From contig NW_021831752.1 in assembly GCF_006345805.1 (NCBI RefSeq), positions 62,001-126,000 of the forward strand: a stretch of DNA of 64,000 bases. Direction: 5' to 3'. The notes under the pieces were generated by a model. The model saw only the letters and a list, made by a program, of their open reading frames with translations. It made no database searches and was not told the origin of the DNA. Positions 23,700-37,633 of this stretch are shown in pieces. How positions within the stretch are numbered: position 1 is the stretch's first letter; every line of letters starts with the position of its first letter. Position numbers and translations under genes: made by a program. This stretch comes from Octopus sinensis. Lineage: Eukaryota.

Positions 23700-24801
23700 A
23701 TGAAATTCGGAGAGAAATCGGGAGAACTACTCCATGAAGTAATATATTACGACTAAATGACGTAAGGAACAGAAAGCCTTCTGGGAGTATGAAATGGACC
23801 CGCATTTCAACGAAGAGGACGACCCGTGTGCCCATACCTCAGCATCCAGCTCCTGTAGTCACCTCGCCTTGCCCGAATCCGTCAATAACATATATTTGTA
23901 TCTCTTCGCCCAAGAAGTAGCCCAACATAAACCATTCCAGCGTCTTTTCACGGTGAGGAATCTCGACAATTTCGGCAAGCTTTTTGAGAAAGGCAAACGA
24001 GTTCAAGCTGTGGAGAAAATGTCGAGGATCTGCCACAAAATCAATTTGTCGATGGAGACCAAGTTCCGAGCAATTCAACTGATGGATCGCCAAGTCGAGG
24101 TAGTCGGGTCCCCTCTATTGGTAGGCGGTGGGCGTAGTGGACGATGACTACAGCAATGTGCTATATACTGCCCTCCATGTTGCCTCGAAGATACAGGAAG
24201 TCGGTGCTCTCCATATCGACGACTATATGATCACTTTGAGGCTTGGACGCGAACGGAGGAACGCCATTTTGAAGGGCGAGTTAACTCTTCTCACCGATCT
24301 CGACTTTCTCACAATGGGGCCGCTGGTTTCGGACTTTATTTCGAGATGTCTGCGAGTTGAGAAGGCAATTTGGACAAAATATGAATAATAGGACAGTGAT
24401 GTCGTCGGGATGGCCACGAGATATCTTTGTGAGGTGTTTGTTCAGGGGGATTGTTCAGTCAATGTCCCGCCCTCTCTTATTGCATGTTCTGGGTACTGGC
24501 TAGCACGTAAGATGTTGACCGAAAATAATCCTTGGGTCAATTGCGTTCTTGAATTGTAGAATAAAAACCTGAATACATTCCTCTGGCATAGCGAAGAGGC
24601 GATTCTTCCTCATGTTAAGTCTTTGTGTCATTGGTATCTCAAGTTTAGACATGCTTCTAACAGAAATAATGTTTTGCTGTTTTTATTTACTTTCAGTACG
24701 TGTACAGGAGATATGCCGAGAGAAAGGGGTTTTCCTCCACTGTTATGCCATTCTTCGAGTCCCAAAGAATTTTAGCGCTATTGGCCACCTTCTTTAATTA
24801 A
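23700..24801 (+). CDS. Divergent cyclin (A/B-like fold); 5' end may extend upstream to ~23560
   Basis: NNIYLYLFAQE, LSMETKFRAIQLMDR, ALHVASKIQE, ELTLLTDLDF, PPSLIACSGYWLAR, VYRRY; introns 28, 25, 27 (GC-AG candidate), 24, 26 nt. Confidence 0.8.
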
Positions 24802-25151
24802 TTCTTTCTATTTTAAACTTGTTTCTCTTATTTGATTTACTTTAATTTTGACAAAATAGTGATTTTTTAGGGATTTTTTACTGGATTTAGTTACGTTTAT
24901 ATTACTATTCTATTTGTAGAGTGATGCAATTGGTCTACATTATTTTTAGATATGTTTTGTTATATATTTAATTATCCAGACCGAATCAATAATGAGAATT
25001 TTATTTATTGACCCAGAAAACCACCGTCATAGCCAAAAGAAAGAAGAATTCAGGTGATCCCAGCCGGAACGATAATGAGAATTAAATTGTGTTCACGGAT
25101 TAACAAATCTTTTGATGTTCTTATTTTCACTTTGAAATTTAAAATGAATTA

Positions 25152-25383
25152 ACCTTGGAGACCTCTGGCGTAATCGGTGACAGGTCACTCATTTTCCTCA
25201 AAAAGCTGGGTCGTCTGATTTCTCGCAAGAGAAACGACACGCGTGAGTGTGGATGGCTCCTTCAGAGGATTTCCCTTGCCATTGTACGTGGAAACTGTTT
25301 CTCCATCTACGAGGCGGGGAAGTCCTCTTGTTAACTCTCTTTTCTCTCTGTTTTCGTTTACAGTTTTACAGTTAAAAAAAAAA
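25152..25383 (+). mobile_element. CRE/NeSL-like RLE retrotransposon 3' fragment with poly(A)
   Basis: LETSGVIGDRSLIFLKKLGRLISRKRNDTRECGWLLQRISLAIVRGNCFSI; A10 at 25374-25383. Confidence 0.85.
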
Positions 25384-25754
25384 TGAATTAATATGTTAAA
25401 AAATTCTATTAATTATTTTAATTGACGTAAATAACAGGCTTTCATCTCAGGAACACAAAAAGCACTTTTTAGGCAATCGAATTCATTAATGAATAGAAAA
25501 AGAGCAATTGAATAATGCTACTTTATTAATGTTCTTAGCCCCTGTATTTGATAAGTTTATTATTAATAAATTGGGAATCTCAAAAAATTTATTTGGCAGT
25601 GTTTAAAAACGTACAATGCTCAGAACGGGAATATTTTAAGAGAAATTTATAAAATATACAAGCAGATTATAGCTTGAATTAACCAGACATCCACAATTTG
25701 ACGATTTAAAAAACTGCTTATCTAAGAAAAAATGATCTACACCTTTTTGGTATC

Positions 25755-26016
25755 GAATATCCGAACTAGGATGTCAAATATCCGAACTGAGATGTCAGAC
25801 GTCATTATTGTGGTTTCTAATATCCGAACTGAGATGTCAAAGGTCATTACTGTGGTTTCTAATATCCGAACTGAGATGTCAAAGGTCATTACTGCGGTTT
25901 CTAATATCCGAACCGAGATGTCAAACGTCATTATTGTGTTTTCTAATATCCAAACCGAGATGTCAAACGTCATTATTGTGTTTTCTAATATCCGAACTGT
26001 GATGTCAAATGTCCGT
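25755..26016. repeat. 42-bp minisatellite (~6 copies, 21+21 substructure)
   Basis: tctaatatccgaactgagatgtcaaaggtcattactgtggtt repeated with few substitutions. Confidence 0.95.
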
Positions 26017-26078
26017 TCCTATATTTTCTGCACAATAGTGAAAAAATAATATTTATTAATGAAATCAATGTTAAGTTG

Positions 26079-26589
26079 CTAAATATTGTCATCGGGGATT
26101 AAATCGTTCATCTCGATAATACTTGGAAAATGTTTCTGCACATGATTGCATGTTAGTGAGCAAATTCTTGGTGTTATTGCAGAAATACAAGTGTCTATGC
26201 AATTTTCTAAAATTCGTAGCCTGGTTTCTTTTTCATGTAAATATTTAGCAGCTGTCGAATAATGGATAGAAATTCCATTCCAGTCTCGCACAAATTTCGC
26301 TTAGAGTGATGACAGGATTTTCCTCAACATAGTTTATCATTCTCGATATTTCATTGTCTGTGATTTTTGACCATCTGAATCCTCCACGTTTTTTATTAGG
26401 TTGTGAAGCATTTCGTATCCATTTATAAGCTGTATTTCGCTTAACTCCATTCGATTCCGCCACAATATGCCAATCTGCATCTTCATTTTCATAAGCAGAT
26501 ATAATTCTCATTTTGGCTTCCAAATTTGTTTTATTATATGTTTTACTAACACGAGAAGAAGTATTCATAGTTTTAGCAAAAGTATTCAT
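26079..26589 (-). pseudogene. IS630/Tc1-like transposase, catalytic core deleted
   Basis: HTH (RIISAYEN...VAESNGVKRNTAYKWI, YVEENPVITLSEI) joined directly to a typical C-terminus (CISAITPRIC...HVQKHF). Confidence 0.7.
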
Positions 26590-26857
26590 TTCGAACGAAC
26601 AAAATCCATTTATATTTTTTAGATACGTAGAATATTAAGATCAAAAATTTTTGATAATTTTATTTTTAATCCGTCAATAAAATGAGTTTTAAAAAAATAT
26701 TGTCATCCATATTACAACCGGGTAAATTTTAAATTGTTATGTAGCTCTCCAATTCAAATATTTTACAGCAAATATTTTATTGGGATATTTCTTATAATTA
26801 ATAATTTTGTAAATTATATTTGTTTAATATATTGTAAAAGAAAAAGGAGTCTTGAGG

Positions 26858-29179
26858 ATGATGTGCGTAACTCATCATTAAATTAATAATTAGGGACGAC
26901 ACACATACTCCAAGATACTTACAAAATTTCAAACTATTATTAAATTTTATAAACTCAAACTACAATGAATGTTCATATCTCCAGCCAGATTTGGATATTT
27001 ACAAAGATTTTCTTAATTTTCCCGGTTTTTAGAAATATAATAAACTAGAATCGAGCCAATATTTATTTGTTCGAATTTTTATGAGAAAGTGCAAGTGGCA
27101 TTCCAAAACAAGTGTCGAATACCCCGAAATTAACAATTTTGAAGAATCTTATACTTTTCTTATAAATAAACAATTTATTTTGACTGGTTTTTTAAATTCT
27201 TTTCACATCGTATTTAGAAAAGGAATTGGATTCAATCGACGAATGTGTCTGTTTTATTAAAACTCGTCATTTTGGGAAAATTGCTAAAGAATTAAATATA
27301 TCTTCTTCAAACAAACTTAACAAACAGTCCTTATGTCAGAAACTATGTCAGATCGAAAAGCAATCGACGCTCATGAATCAATTTGTCACCAAAAAACGAG
27401 AATCCAATCAAACTATTAAAATGTCTCTACATCAATCATTTTTAGACTCAGAAAGTATGTAGGAATGGCCTGTCGGGTTAATTCTGCAATTCGGAATGCA
27501 TTTTGTCGACTTTTGATATTCGTGTTTCCCCAACATTTGCAGGAAGAAGGTCTTTTCAACTCATCTAACGCATTGTATTTTCATTTTTGACATGAAGACG
27601 TACTTCAGTGCAGAATGGACCTCCGAGGTCATAAGAAACAGGTATCCGATGTATCAGATTTGTATCAAATCAAGTCTCTTTGATTCGAGAGCTGCGTTTA
27701 TGAGGTATTTGAGTGATAGTTGTTTCTACTGTTTATTATTTAATATATATACAGTTTTTATGACTGTTTGACGATGGAAGCAGAAATCGGTTGTGAAATT
27801 AGATGTCAAAATTGGAGTAAGGTGATCAGCATTCTTGAAAAGGCTTTTGACGTTCTGAATGAAAACAACTCCAAGTTATTCTCTGGATTACATAGTAGAG
27901 TGACAACTAGTGTTCCAAATTGGCTTCAATTTTTATCCCGTGAATATGCATTAGTCCGAGTCATTGAAAATGGGCTGATTGCTTTTGCAAAAACAAAACA
28001 GTTAGTGTGGGCATTTAATTCTAGATTTAAACAAGAAGTGAATTATTTAAATTTCCTAATTTCCCAAAAATATTACGAATTGCATCGGGGAAGATGGTTT
28101 GAGAGATTGGTTTTGATACATCAATTATACTTAAAGGATTATAATAAAGTACGCTTGCTTAGTTATGTTCTGGCTTTAGAAATCATAATGACAGCTTTGG
28201 ATGATCCATTTGTTTATTGGGACCGTCACTATTCTTTGAGGCAACGTGGAATCAAAATTCTTTCATCAAGTCCGAATGATTATTATTCAAGTCGTCTGGA
28301 ATTAAAAAAAGTAGACTTAATTTCTCCAAATGTATATTATATACTTGATAATTAAGATTATATATATTGAAAGACCTACTCTCCCGCCATCGTTGCTCCC
28401 TCCCGGTCGAAAAACGATTTTTATTAAAAAATCATGTTCTGGTATGGACACAATCAGTGTCGAACTATCTTGTCTGGAATATTATAAAAAAGAATGCGGC
28501 TTCGAGCACGGTATTTGGATTTGTCGACATTTGCAAGGCATTCACGGGGAAGGCTCAGTATTTGCAACGATTGCAGGAATTGTGTTTTGGCGTGAGATAT
28601 TTGATCATTGTCTTGAGGATGTGTTTATTTCACAAGTTCAGACCCGTCCTCTTGACGCATACTGTGCTTCATTCTACAACAGTCGGAAGACTATCATAGA
28701 ACAGAGACTTGATTGGCTCAAAATATGTCCCCTCGATGTTTTAAAATTGTATATATTTTCAATTAGGGTTTACTTGAGCACATTGAGGACATTTGGGACA
28801 ACAATTATGGTATTTCCGCATATCTCGTGAATTGGGATATATTTCCTGATAAACAAATTCTTTTGGTTTGTCTTTAGCTTTTATTTAAGAGTTTGGTTAT
28901 GGCATTTCCAAGATCCTCCTTGTCATCAATATTAGAACTGCTTATTCGATCGTATAAGAAAATGCGTGGAGGATTACCAGATTTGTGTTTATGGACAACA
29001 AATCCTCCAAAAATCAAGGCAATTTTGTTAGACTAGTTGACTAGTTAGTTGAGGTTAAAGGTCCAGGAGATCATCTGTCCAATAAACAAATTGTGTGGAA
29101 TGATTTTTTATCCCGTTTGTCGGGCATTCAGTGTGAGGTATGCTATGTCACCAGCAAGAACAGAACATTAATAACCTAA
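26858..29179 (+). CDS. FAN1: Fanconi-associated nuclease 1
   Basis: PRYLQNF, YLFVRIFMRK, GRWFERLVLI, EHG|IHGEGSVFATI, QTRPLD, RGGLPDLCLW, VEVKGPGDHLSNKQIVW (VRR-NUC). Confidence 0.93.
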
Positions 29180-29592
29180 ATATTAAAAAATAGTAATTTT
29201 TTTATTCCAAAATAATATAATCCTCCAGAACGTTAAAAACTCGTTTAACATTCATAAGCTTTAATTACCACTTTTTAAAATAAATATTGTTTTTTCACAA
29301 TAATTATCTCATTTAAACAATTCTGAGGATTTGATCGCAGAAGACAACACAATCAAATTGCAGTGCTTACCCCCTCATCATGAAAGGTCATAAGTTACCT
29401 CACATAACGGCGGAAGCGAATCTCTGAGAAAGCCAAACCAATATGCCTTTTTTACACTCCGAAGTGATAAATTATGACTGATTGGAATAAAGATATTTGA
29501 TTGTCTCTATGTTTTTGAAATAGTGATTAAAAGCCCAAATAATGTATAGTCGTGAAAAAAGTAAGCAACACTAAGTAATAAAGAATTACAAA

Positions 29593-32500
29593 TCAATCAA
29601 TATTGTAAAGTTGAGAAGATTGGTTTTGTTCGCGAGCATCCCTTAAAGCAGATTTGTAAACATGCCTGTAATCATCTTCCGTAAATGAATTTCCACGAAT
29701 CTGGAAATTCCGCTGTTCTAGTTCATTCTTAAACGTCACATTTTTTGGTTTTTTCGCCAAGTCGTAATTTTCAAATGTCCTTATAATTGACGTCTTATCC
29801 CCTTCAGTTTCGTCCTTTCTTTGATCCATCCGAACATTCAGACTGCTCACTCTCGCAGGCGGTACTTTCTTTTCCGTTTTTTCAAATAATTCCGGAACGT
29901 GGTGATAATCCTGAAACATATTTAACATGCTGTAATTGAGAGCATGTCCCGAGGATGGCAGTTCTGTGCTTTTGGGAACTGATGAAATTTCAGTCATATT
30001 TTTGGATGGTTGAGAAACGCGAGGCTGTGGAGTAGCAGTGTGGACTACACGGGCGAGTTGGGGAGATGATGCAACCCTTGCAGGAAATGTGTCCCTTCCA
30101 GACCCAGAATCCAATTGAGGGGGTGCAGTGTAAGAGAAATGTCTGAGAATATCACTCCTGTCAAACGGAGGATTCTCACGTTCTGCTCTCGAATCAGAAC
30201 GAGGTGGAATTGAGTTCAGTTTTAGTAGAAAATTTGAGTTTGAATTGGCAGGTTTTATCTGTGGAGTACCCTTCAACTGTCTTGAAGACTGGAAGAGTTT
30301 TTCTTGACGTGTATTTTCGGATATATTTGTTTCCCGAGGAGGGATGTGGAGTGAGGAATGGCGGAAGGATTCCTGCCTTGGAGGAACTGCTTGTATTTGG
30401 TCTGCTGAGCCGCGTTGAATGGGAGACAATATTACTGGGTTGAGATCTCTACGTGGGGGATCCAAATCCTCCTGAACACGTGACCAACAATATTACCACG
30501 GAAGGATATGGGCCGTCGAGAAGGGAACTAAACTCTAAAAATATAGCAAGTGGCAAACTTGGAGACACATTTTTGAGAAGGCGATGTGGGAGATGGTAAA
30601 GTGCCCCTCTTCGAATCACCTTCAACTCGACACAATCCGACGAATTCATCATTATTTGTGTCACACTGAGGATTATTGTGGAATATACCGATTGAGAGAG
30701 ACGTTTATCAAATTATGTGAATCTACGGCCACTAACTGATCAAATGGTTTAATCTTCCCATTCTACACACTCACAGAAAGAGGGAGACCACAAAGGCAGC
30801 CCCGTTCTTGACAATAGAGTCGACAATGATGATAGTCGATCCATCACTCTGAGACTATTCGGGATGTTGGACTATGACTACCCTCGCAGACGCCAACGAT
30901 ATTCCCAATGTCCCGTTCGACTTGTTTATTCGGAGTGTCATCACTTCTGGCTGCAGAGGGAGATTCATCGACATCAATTGCCGACTTATTTCTGTCCCAA
31001 AATGCCTCAAATCATTCGATTCCGACAAATCCCCGGAATTATTCCCGGAGACGAGAGTGACCATCTTTCCGTTGAGTTTGAGTTGACACAACACGTTGTT
31101 ATCTGAATGAATAAACCAGAATCTTCAACCAAGAATGGAGGCAACATAGTCGATGAACTCGTGGGGAATTTCCTCAATGGTGTCGTGCTGGTAGTCCCCT
31201 TTTGGAAGACTGAGAGGTTGCTTGGCCACTTCCTCCAACATGACGATCGACTTATTACACCGAATAATGAGCGAGTCCACATCACGCATGAATCTGTGCA
31301 AAATCTGGGAATGTGGCACAATTAAACTACTATTTGTCTGTCCTGCTGAGGAATTCTGCGACTTGGGTGGGAAAATGAGTAATTGTCCAAGACATATTCC
31401 ACTTGGACAGAATTGAGACACGTGAGCTGTCCAACCTTCGAGAGATCCTCCTCAATGAAACATAGCAAATCAGCCAACTGCATATTAAGAAGACCAGTAC
31501 CTCGGATATCATTTGCAAGTTGATAATCACACTTTGTTCCAGCCCCTGAATACTGGCGAATGACATGAATATCTCCAGTCTCCTGGCCAGACGAGTCCCC
31601 CATAGAAGACAGCAGTATTTCGGGCAGGATATCACTGTTTTGAACAGCTGGTTGTTCAGAAGGGAAAACAGCTCTCCGAAAAACAGAACAGTGATGGCGG
31701 GGTGCATCCGATTGAGTTGGAACATGAAAAGTGTTGATCCAATCACATCGAAAACTCTCTCTGAACATTACAAAAATAAAACAGACCGAGGACGGTGGAG
31801 TTTGCTTTCCCACGAGAACCTACGATTTGCACATGTCAGGACTCACATTCATCAATGTCTGCAAAAAAACATTGAGAGGCGTTCTCCAAGTCCCGAGCAA
31901 TGATCTCAAACAACTCGTCGTAGCCCGTAGTGCACGCCTCCATGAAAATACTGAGAATGTCGGAAGAGGACAGTCTGATAAAGTGGTCCTGGACCAGCAT
32001 TTGGAGCAGTTCGACACAATTGGATATCCAGAATGCCATGACGGTCGGAATGTTGAGTGATTTCTACGACAGTCGATTGGCCAGACACCTTAATGACTGC
32101 CGAAAAGGAGGCAGCTGCATTTGTGAGGAATGAGTATGCACTCTCCAGACGGTTATCGACCGCATAATTCCTCGACATCAAATAAACAAAAAAGGCAGGC
32201 CCAAGCTTGAATGCCACGTTTGCGGGACAGATATCGAGGGCATGACGAAGCAGGACGAGTGCGTCTGTGGTATTACGCCCAAACCAACCCTCATCTTTAA
32301 AAGTAATTTCAGCTGGGAGCAATGAGTTGGGTGCCTGTTGTGGCCTATACTCAAATGACTTGGTCTCTTGGGATTGAACTTGCCTATTGACACATTCCGT
32401 GGAGTACTGTCAGTCAGTGTTATGAAATACCTCGGAGAATCCCGGCATATACACTTTGAAAGGGGAAGACGACCCAAACTGGATAGTGTCCCCATTCAGC

Positions 32501-33888
32501 AACACAAAGCTGTCGTACACCAGGACGTTGTTGACATATAGTCTGGCTGTCTCGCAGGGGGCAATCATCACTATTTTCCCGTCGTATTTGATTTCTGCGT
32601 GCTTTCCCATCACATCCTCCCCTTCAATCTACACTGGCCATAACCGAGTGTTACCTGCACGAATTTAATCGAGTTTGGAGAACACGACTGTCCTTTCCCA
32701 AAAATGGTGGTCCCCGTGTGGATGAAGATGGGTCTGGACAGTTCACTGAGTGATTTCAGAAATGGCAGATTGACCGAGTCCGGAAGGGCTGTAGTGATGC
32801 CTCTTTCTGATTGAGAAATCAATCCGGACTTATTTTTTTTAACGACATGAAAAAGAATGAGTCCTGCAAATGAAATGAATGACCAAACCGGCAGATGTGT
32901 TGTGTTTAGAGCGAATAATGTAAGGAATGTCATCCCCCCTCAGAGGAGTAGCCTCCATTATATCGTCATAGCTGTACTCAGTCACTCCCGGGGGCAGTTT
33001 CAACTTGAAATGAGCGACACCCCCACCTTGACGAGTGTGTAGTCGTCAGGATCTTGATCACCCAGCATATATTTATTCAACATTTCCTTAACCACGAAAT
33101 TAGCAGTGTCTTTATAGGACAGAAGGAGTGTTTTATAGGGAATGTTGGGGTTGAGAGTGGTCCCGTATATTCGCAGAGGGGCACCTAGATTGTCCCTGAC
33201 ACAAACTGACCCTTGTCCGGGGCACCGTCAGCCCCCGATATCTGAACCAATTTCCTGTCTAATTTCTGATGTCGCTTTCTCCGCATGACCACTTCGAGGT
33301 TGGCAATACTGTTGGTAAAGGAGTTCTCGGGTATTTTTAAATAGAGATCTTTGGCCAGGAAGAGATCGTCAGTGGGGATATTTCCCCGTCTCTACAATAG
33401 AGGCCATCAATAATTAGATAATAAAGCAATTAGGACTAACCGAGCTGAAATTATCCGACTGTCTGAGGAGGAATCGTCCTTCAATGCAATCCTTCATCCA
33501 CGTCAGTTGCAAAAGGAGAGGCAGTTCGTCCATGTCCAAAACTCTCGTGGCTAATCAATTAGGGCAAACAATAGCAGACTTCCGTCAGGATGCACTTGGC
33601 ACATTCCATAGGACGTGCTAGTCGATATTAATTTGGTGCAACTCAATTTCTCCAGCAAAGCAAACACAACGTCGGAGACGGTTGCTGTGCTGTAAACTCG
33701 GAGACATTTTGTTGCAATATTGTCGGCATTCTCGTAATAGTAAAACCGCATTACTCCATAAAATTCGAGATTCTAAACACTAGAAAAGTAAGAGGGACTT
33801 CGTCGGGAAGACTCAGCTCAAACATTTCGAGTCGAGTCGCATTCCATTCTTGTATTATTTCAACCAACCGACTACGAGAAACATCCAT
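29593..33888 (-). CDS. AFDN: Afadin/Canoe (RA-RA-FHA-DIL-PDZ)
   Basis: IIQEWNATRLEMFELSLPDE|NLEFYGVMRFY, ATKCLRVYSTAT, LRIYG..NPNIPYKTLLLS, FHA (LLNGDTIQFG), PDZ (GTLGISL, ELKVIRRGA). Confidence 0.93.
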
Positions 33889-34056
33889 TAACGACTGTTT
33901 ATTTTTATTCATTATTCTATTTATTATCACTATGGTTCGCTGCTGAGGAAAAATATAGTCGATATTTTTAATTATTTTTCTAAAATTATTTATTATTTAA
34001 TCAATTTTAATTTAAATCCTCGAAAATTTATTTGAATATTCTTAAATATAAATATT

Positions 34057-37000
34057 TCACAAGTCAAAGCTACTAATCACCACGTTCAGTGATTCATAAG
34101 TTAGAACATTCAAGGCCACATCTTCAGCATCTGATTGTATTATTAATCAAGCCACACCAATTCCTTCCTTTCCCGAGTCCCACAACTCCTGGTTGAGTGC
34201 TTCCAGGATTTCTTTTGAAACTTCCAAGTCAACTATTTCGTTAGATAGTGTCAGAAGCTGTCATTTTTAACACAATCCAACTAAATTTAGTCGCTGTTTC
34301 TGCACGTTCGGCGAAATGTTTTTTGAAAATAACCTTCTTCTGAATCTTTCCACGACAAGAATTCGTACTTGGTTATTTCCAGTGGGTTGGAGCTGCCAAA
34401 GTAATAGAATACAGTCACCTCTCCTATTTGGGTCAACTTATTCACAATTTCCAGCATCTGGATAACCGGATCGCTCCTAATTCTCATGTTCGAGTGACAC
34501 ATTGATAGCCCACTCTTGCTGGCTGCGATGTTGACAGAAGGACTAACAGCAACTCGACGTCGGAGGCTGATCTCGAGTTTGCTGCCCAAATTTGCTCACG
34601 TAAAGACAGTTCTCTACTCCTGAATCAGTGCTGAGTTCCACGTTGGAGACTGGAAATAGTCACACTCATCGACCTGAGTCGGGAGGGTTTTCTTTGTAGA
34701 ATTTGTCGGGTCTAATTTTAGTCGGTGGTTTTATTACTTGTATGTTTGTTTGTTGAGACTTTTTTGCATGCGAATTGTGGACCTGTGATTGGACTCGAAA
34801 TACTTGATCATTTTATCGCTGACTGAGGTACCAATTTGCTCAATGTCTGGCCTGTCCTCCACTGGCACGGTGAGACACCTCACATTAAATTATAATTCAA
34901 CTTGGAAATAAGTGTTTGCAACTGGTGAGAATATTTTTGAATCGGCGAGTATTTGCCCTCCACAATCTACGATTTTATTCTGTGTGTTACGTTTGTGACT
35001 AGTTCAAGCATATTCTCTCCATTAAATGGCAATTTATGTTGACAAATATTATAAAGGACACATCCCATTGACCATATGTCCACTTTATTTGTGTAGTCTT
35101 TGTTCAGTACTATTTCTGGACTAGACCATTTAAATCCAACAGATGCACCAGCAAAATGACCTTGTCCCCACTGCGGACATGACAAAATCCTCTTTTGACG
35201 TGTTAACCCTGGCAAGCCCAAAATCGGCTGGTATAAGCAACATAGGCTACTTATTGTTATTCTGTCGTTTTCCCCGATTATAATGTTCTTGCATGTTAGA
35301 TCTCTGTGGATAATGTTTTTCTCCACGTGCAGGTAGCGGAGAGCCAGTATGAGCTGCGTATTTTGCACACCAATGTCACCTGGACTGTCATTCCCCATAT
35401 TCTGTCCTCTTCGATGTTTTGGTCACGTTCTTGAGCGTAGAACACGAAATGGTCGATGGAAATTCCGTCGATATAATCCATCAAAATGTAAAGGGAGTCG
35501 TTTTCGAGGAATGTTTTGTAATATTTGACAATGTTTGGGTGGTCCAGTTCTTGTTCTATCATGGCCAATTCCCGGATGGTGTTCTCAATATTTCCATCTG
35601 TTAGGTTTCTAAGCATCCACGTCTTTATCTGCAAGTTCTTAGTAAAACTGCATGCCTCTTTGATCGCAAACCACTTGTTGCCGTCATTCTTTTTGGCACA
35701 ATAAACAACCCCAAAGGCTCCACTTCCAATAACAGAATATAACTGATAATTCCTGACATATCTGGCAGACGTGTTCGACATGCATTTCAACTGTTCTATC
35801 ATTTTTTGTATTTTCGTGTCCTTTTGAGTCACGAATTACAATTTTTACAGGCAGGGAGTTGATTTCTTTAACCAGATTCTCATACTTTGTGAGACAGTGT
35901 GCGTAGTTGCCTATCCCAATAAATTTGTTGTAAATTTCTGGCGGGAAAAAACATTTGAACATTGTGTGATTTTTCCCTACTATGAAAATAAATCTAAGTG
36001 CTCTGATCGCACATGTCTGGGAAATCAAGAGTCAATTAGGAATACTTGAAGGTTGTGAGAAATCGACGATCGGTCGGGACAAGGCAGAATGAGTTTTCCA
36101 AGATGGACCAAACCATTATTGCTTATAATTTGTCTGGCACATGCGACGTTCACCGAAGCCTCAGTGATTGCCACACAGGCAGCATATTTTATTTGCAATG
36201 CTTGTTCTAACGTAGACTCTTCCTCGATAGCCTGGAATATATTCCACAAAATAACATACTCTATTCGCTGATTTATTGCTTCTGTCCATTTTTGAGGCAC
36301 TCGCTGGGGTGAAAGATTCATTTACTTTGGTTTCATAAAATTTCCCGTCTCTAGGAAATCGCATTTTAGAAAGACCTAAGCAGATCAATGAATATCGAAA
36401 TTCCCCCAGTCTGGAATAAAATGTCTCTTAGTTTTTCTGAATGAGTTATGAGGTGAATAGTGGTCCATAAAAGATTCCATGTGAGGACAGCATATCTGAA
36501 CTTGAGTCCACTTTGTATTAAATTCGACCTTATATATACCTCAGAATTATCGGAATTCCTCCAAGAATGTTAATCAGATCTTTAGCTTTCTCATTCACTG
36601 AAATTATGTTGAGAATATTGCCAGCCAATCTAAGTAAATTATGAGTTGAATGTCACAATTTCGAGGAGACATGTCCATCTTCAACAATTCGGAGTAGATT
36701 TTCGAAAAGAGTGAGATCGTATATAAATTCACTTGAACGTGGTCTGAAATACATACAATGGTGTACATTTGGACAGCAAAGGACACTGTGTAGAGGGAAC
36801 TGTCAATTATGGACAGTTTCGTTGCTTTTTGAGTGAGTTTCGAGAGCTTAATAAATAATTAATTATTTTTAAATACAATTCTGACAGTATTTTTGAATTC
36901 TTGAGACATGATGATTTGTTCTTGGTTTATTTGTAAAAATAGTTTTTGGAAAATATCTAAAGAAATTAAAATTATTTTATACTTAAAATTTCAGAAATAA

Positions 37001-37633
37001 CTCGTTCGAAAATATTATTGGATTGATAATTAAAATATTTACTTGTCACATTTATAAAAACCTATAAGAATACAGAATTCAAAAATGAACTTTAAATATA
37101 TCAAAAATCCCTTTTATTTTGAATAAATGATTTCTGCAATTTTCATCTCTCATGAGCAATCTCAAACACGTCACAACTCGTAAAATATGCTCAGGTTTTG
37201 ACCGTTCAATCCAATCACTGAAATGTGACGAAACAAATAAATACCAAAAATGCAATCTATTTTTAGTGATCGCTTGTATGATGTTTAGAAATTGGTTTTT
37301 GTTTGCATCCGAGGAAAAATCTCTTTGATCGCTGTAAGTAACTCTAAAATATTTTTTTCTGATAAACTACAAAAATTTTTCCAGCAAAACCCCTTCACTA
37401 GATAAAAGATTTTTTTTCACATTATGATCACACTCGATGGGTGGGAGCTATGAAATGACCACATTTCCACTACCGGCTGGTGATTTGGGTTGGAACTCAA
37501 TACATTGAGTAGCTTCGACAAATTCATCAAATCACTGAAAAATTATTATTTCACAAAACTTTTGGGATTGACGTGTTTTTCGACTGTTCTTGAGATTTTT
37601 TTTGTTGACGAATAGAACAGACGAAATTTCCAT
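34057..37633 (-). CDS. NEK10: NIMA-related kinase 10 (ARM repeats plus kinase)
   Basis: N-terminus KNRL..DWIERS..HILRVVTCLRLLMRD (37080-37633, missed by the ORF track); IGSGAFGVVY, HRDLT, T|DFGLAR after a 23-nt intron, VDIWSMGCVLY, DPVIQMLEIVNKL. Confidence 0.92.

Noticed and set aside
25732-26049. Repetitive ORFs on both strands (SNIRTEMS / TFDISVRI)
   Set aside because: By-product of a 42-bp (3n) minisatellite that is open in several frames
36895-36909. ATG at 36909 as the NEK10 start
   Set aside because: Upstream exons to 37633 encode the conserved NEK10 N-terminus in frame
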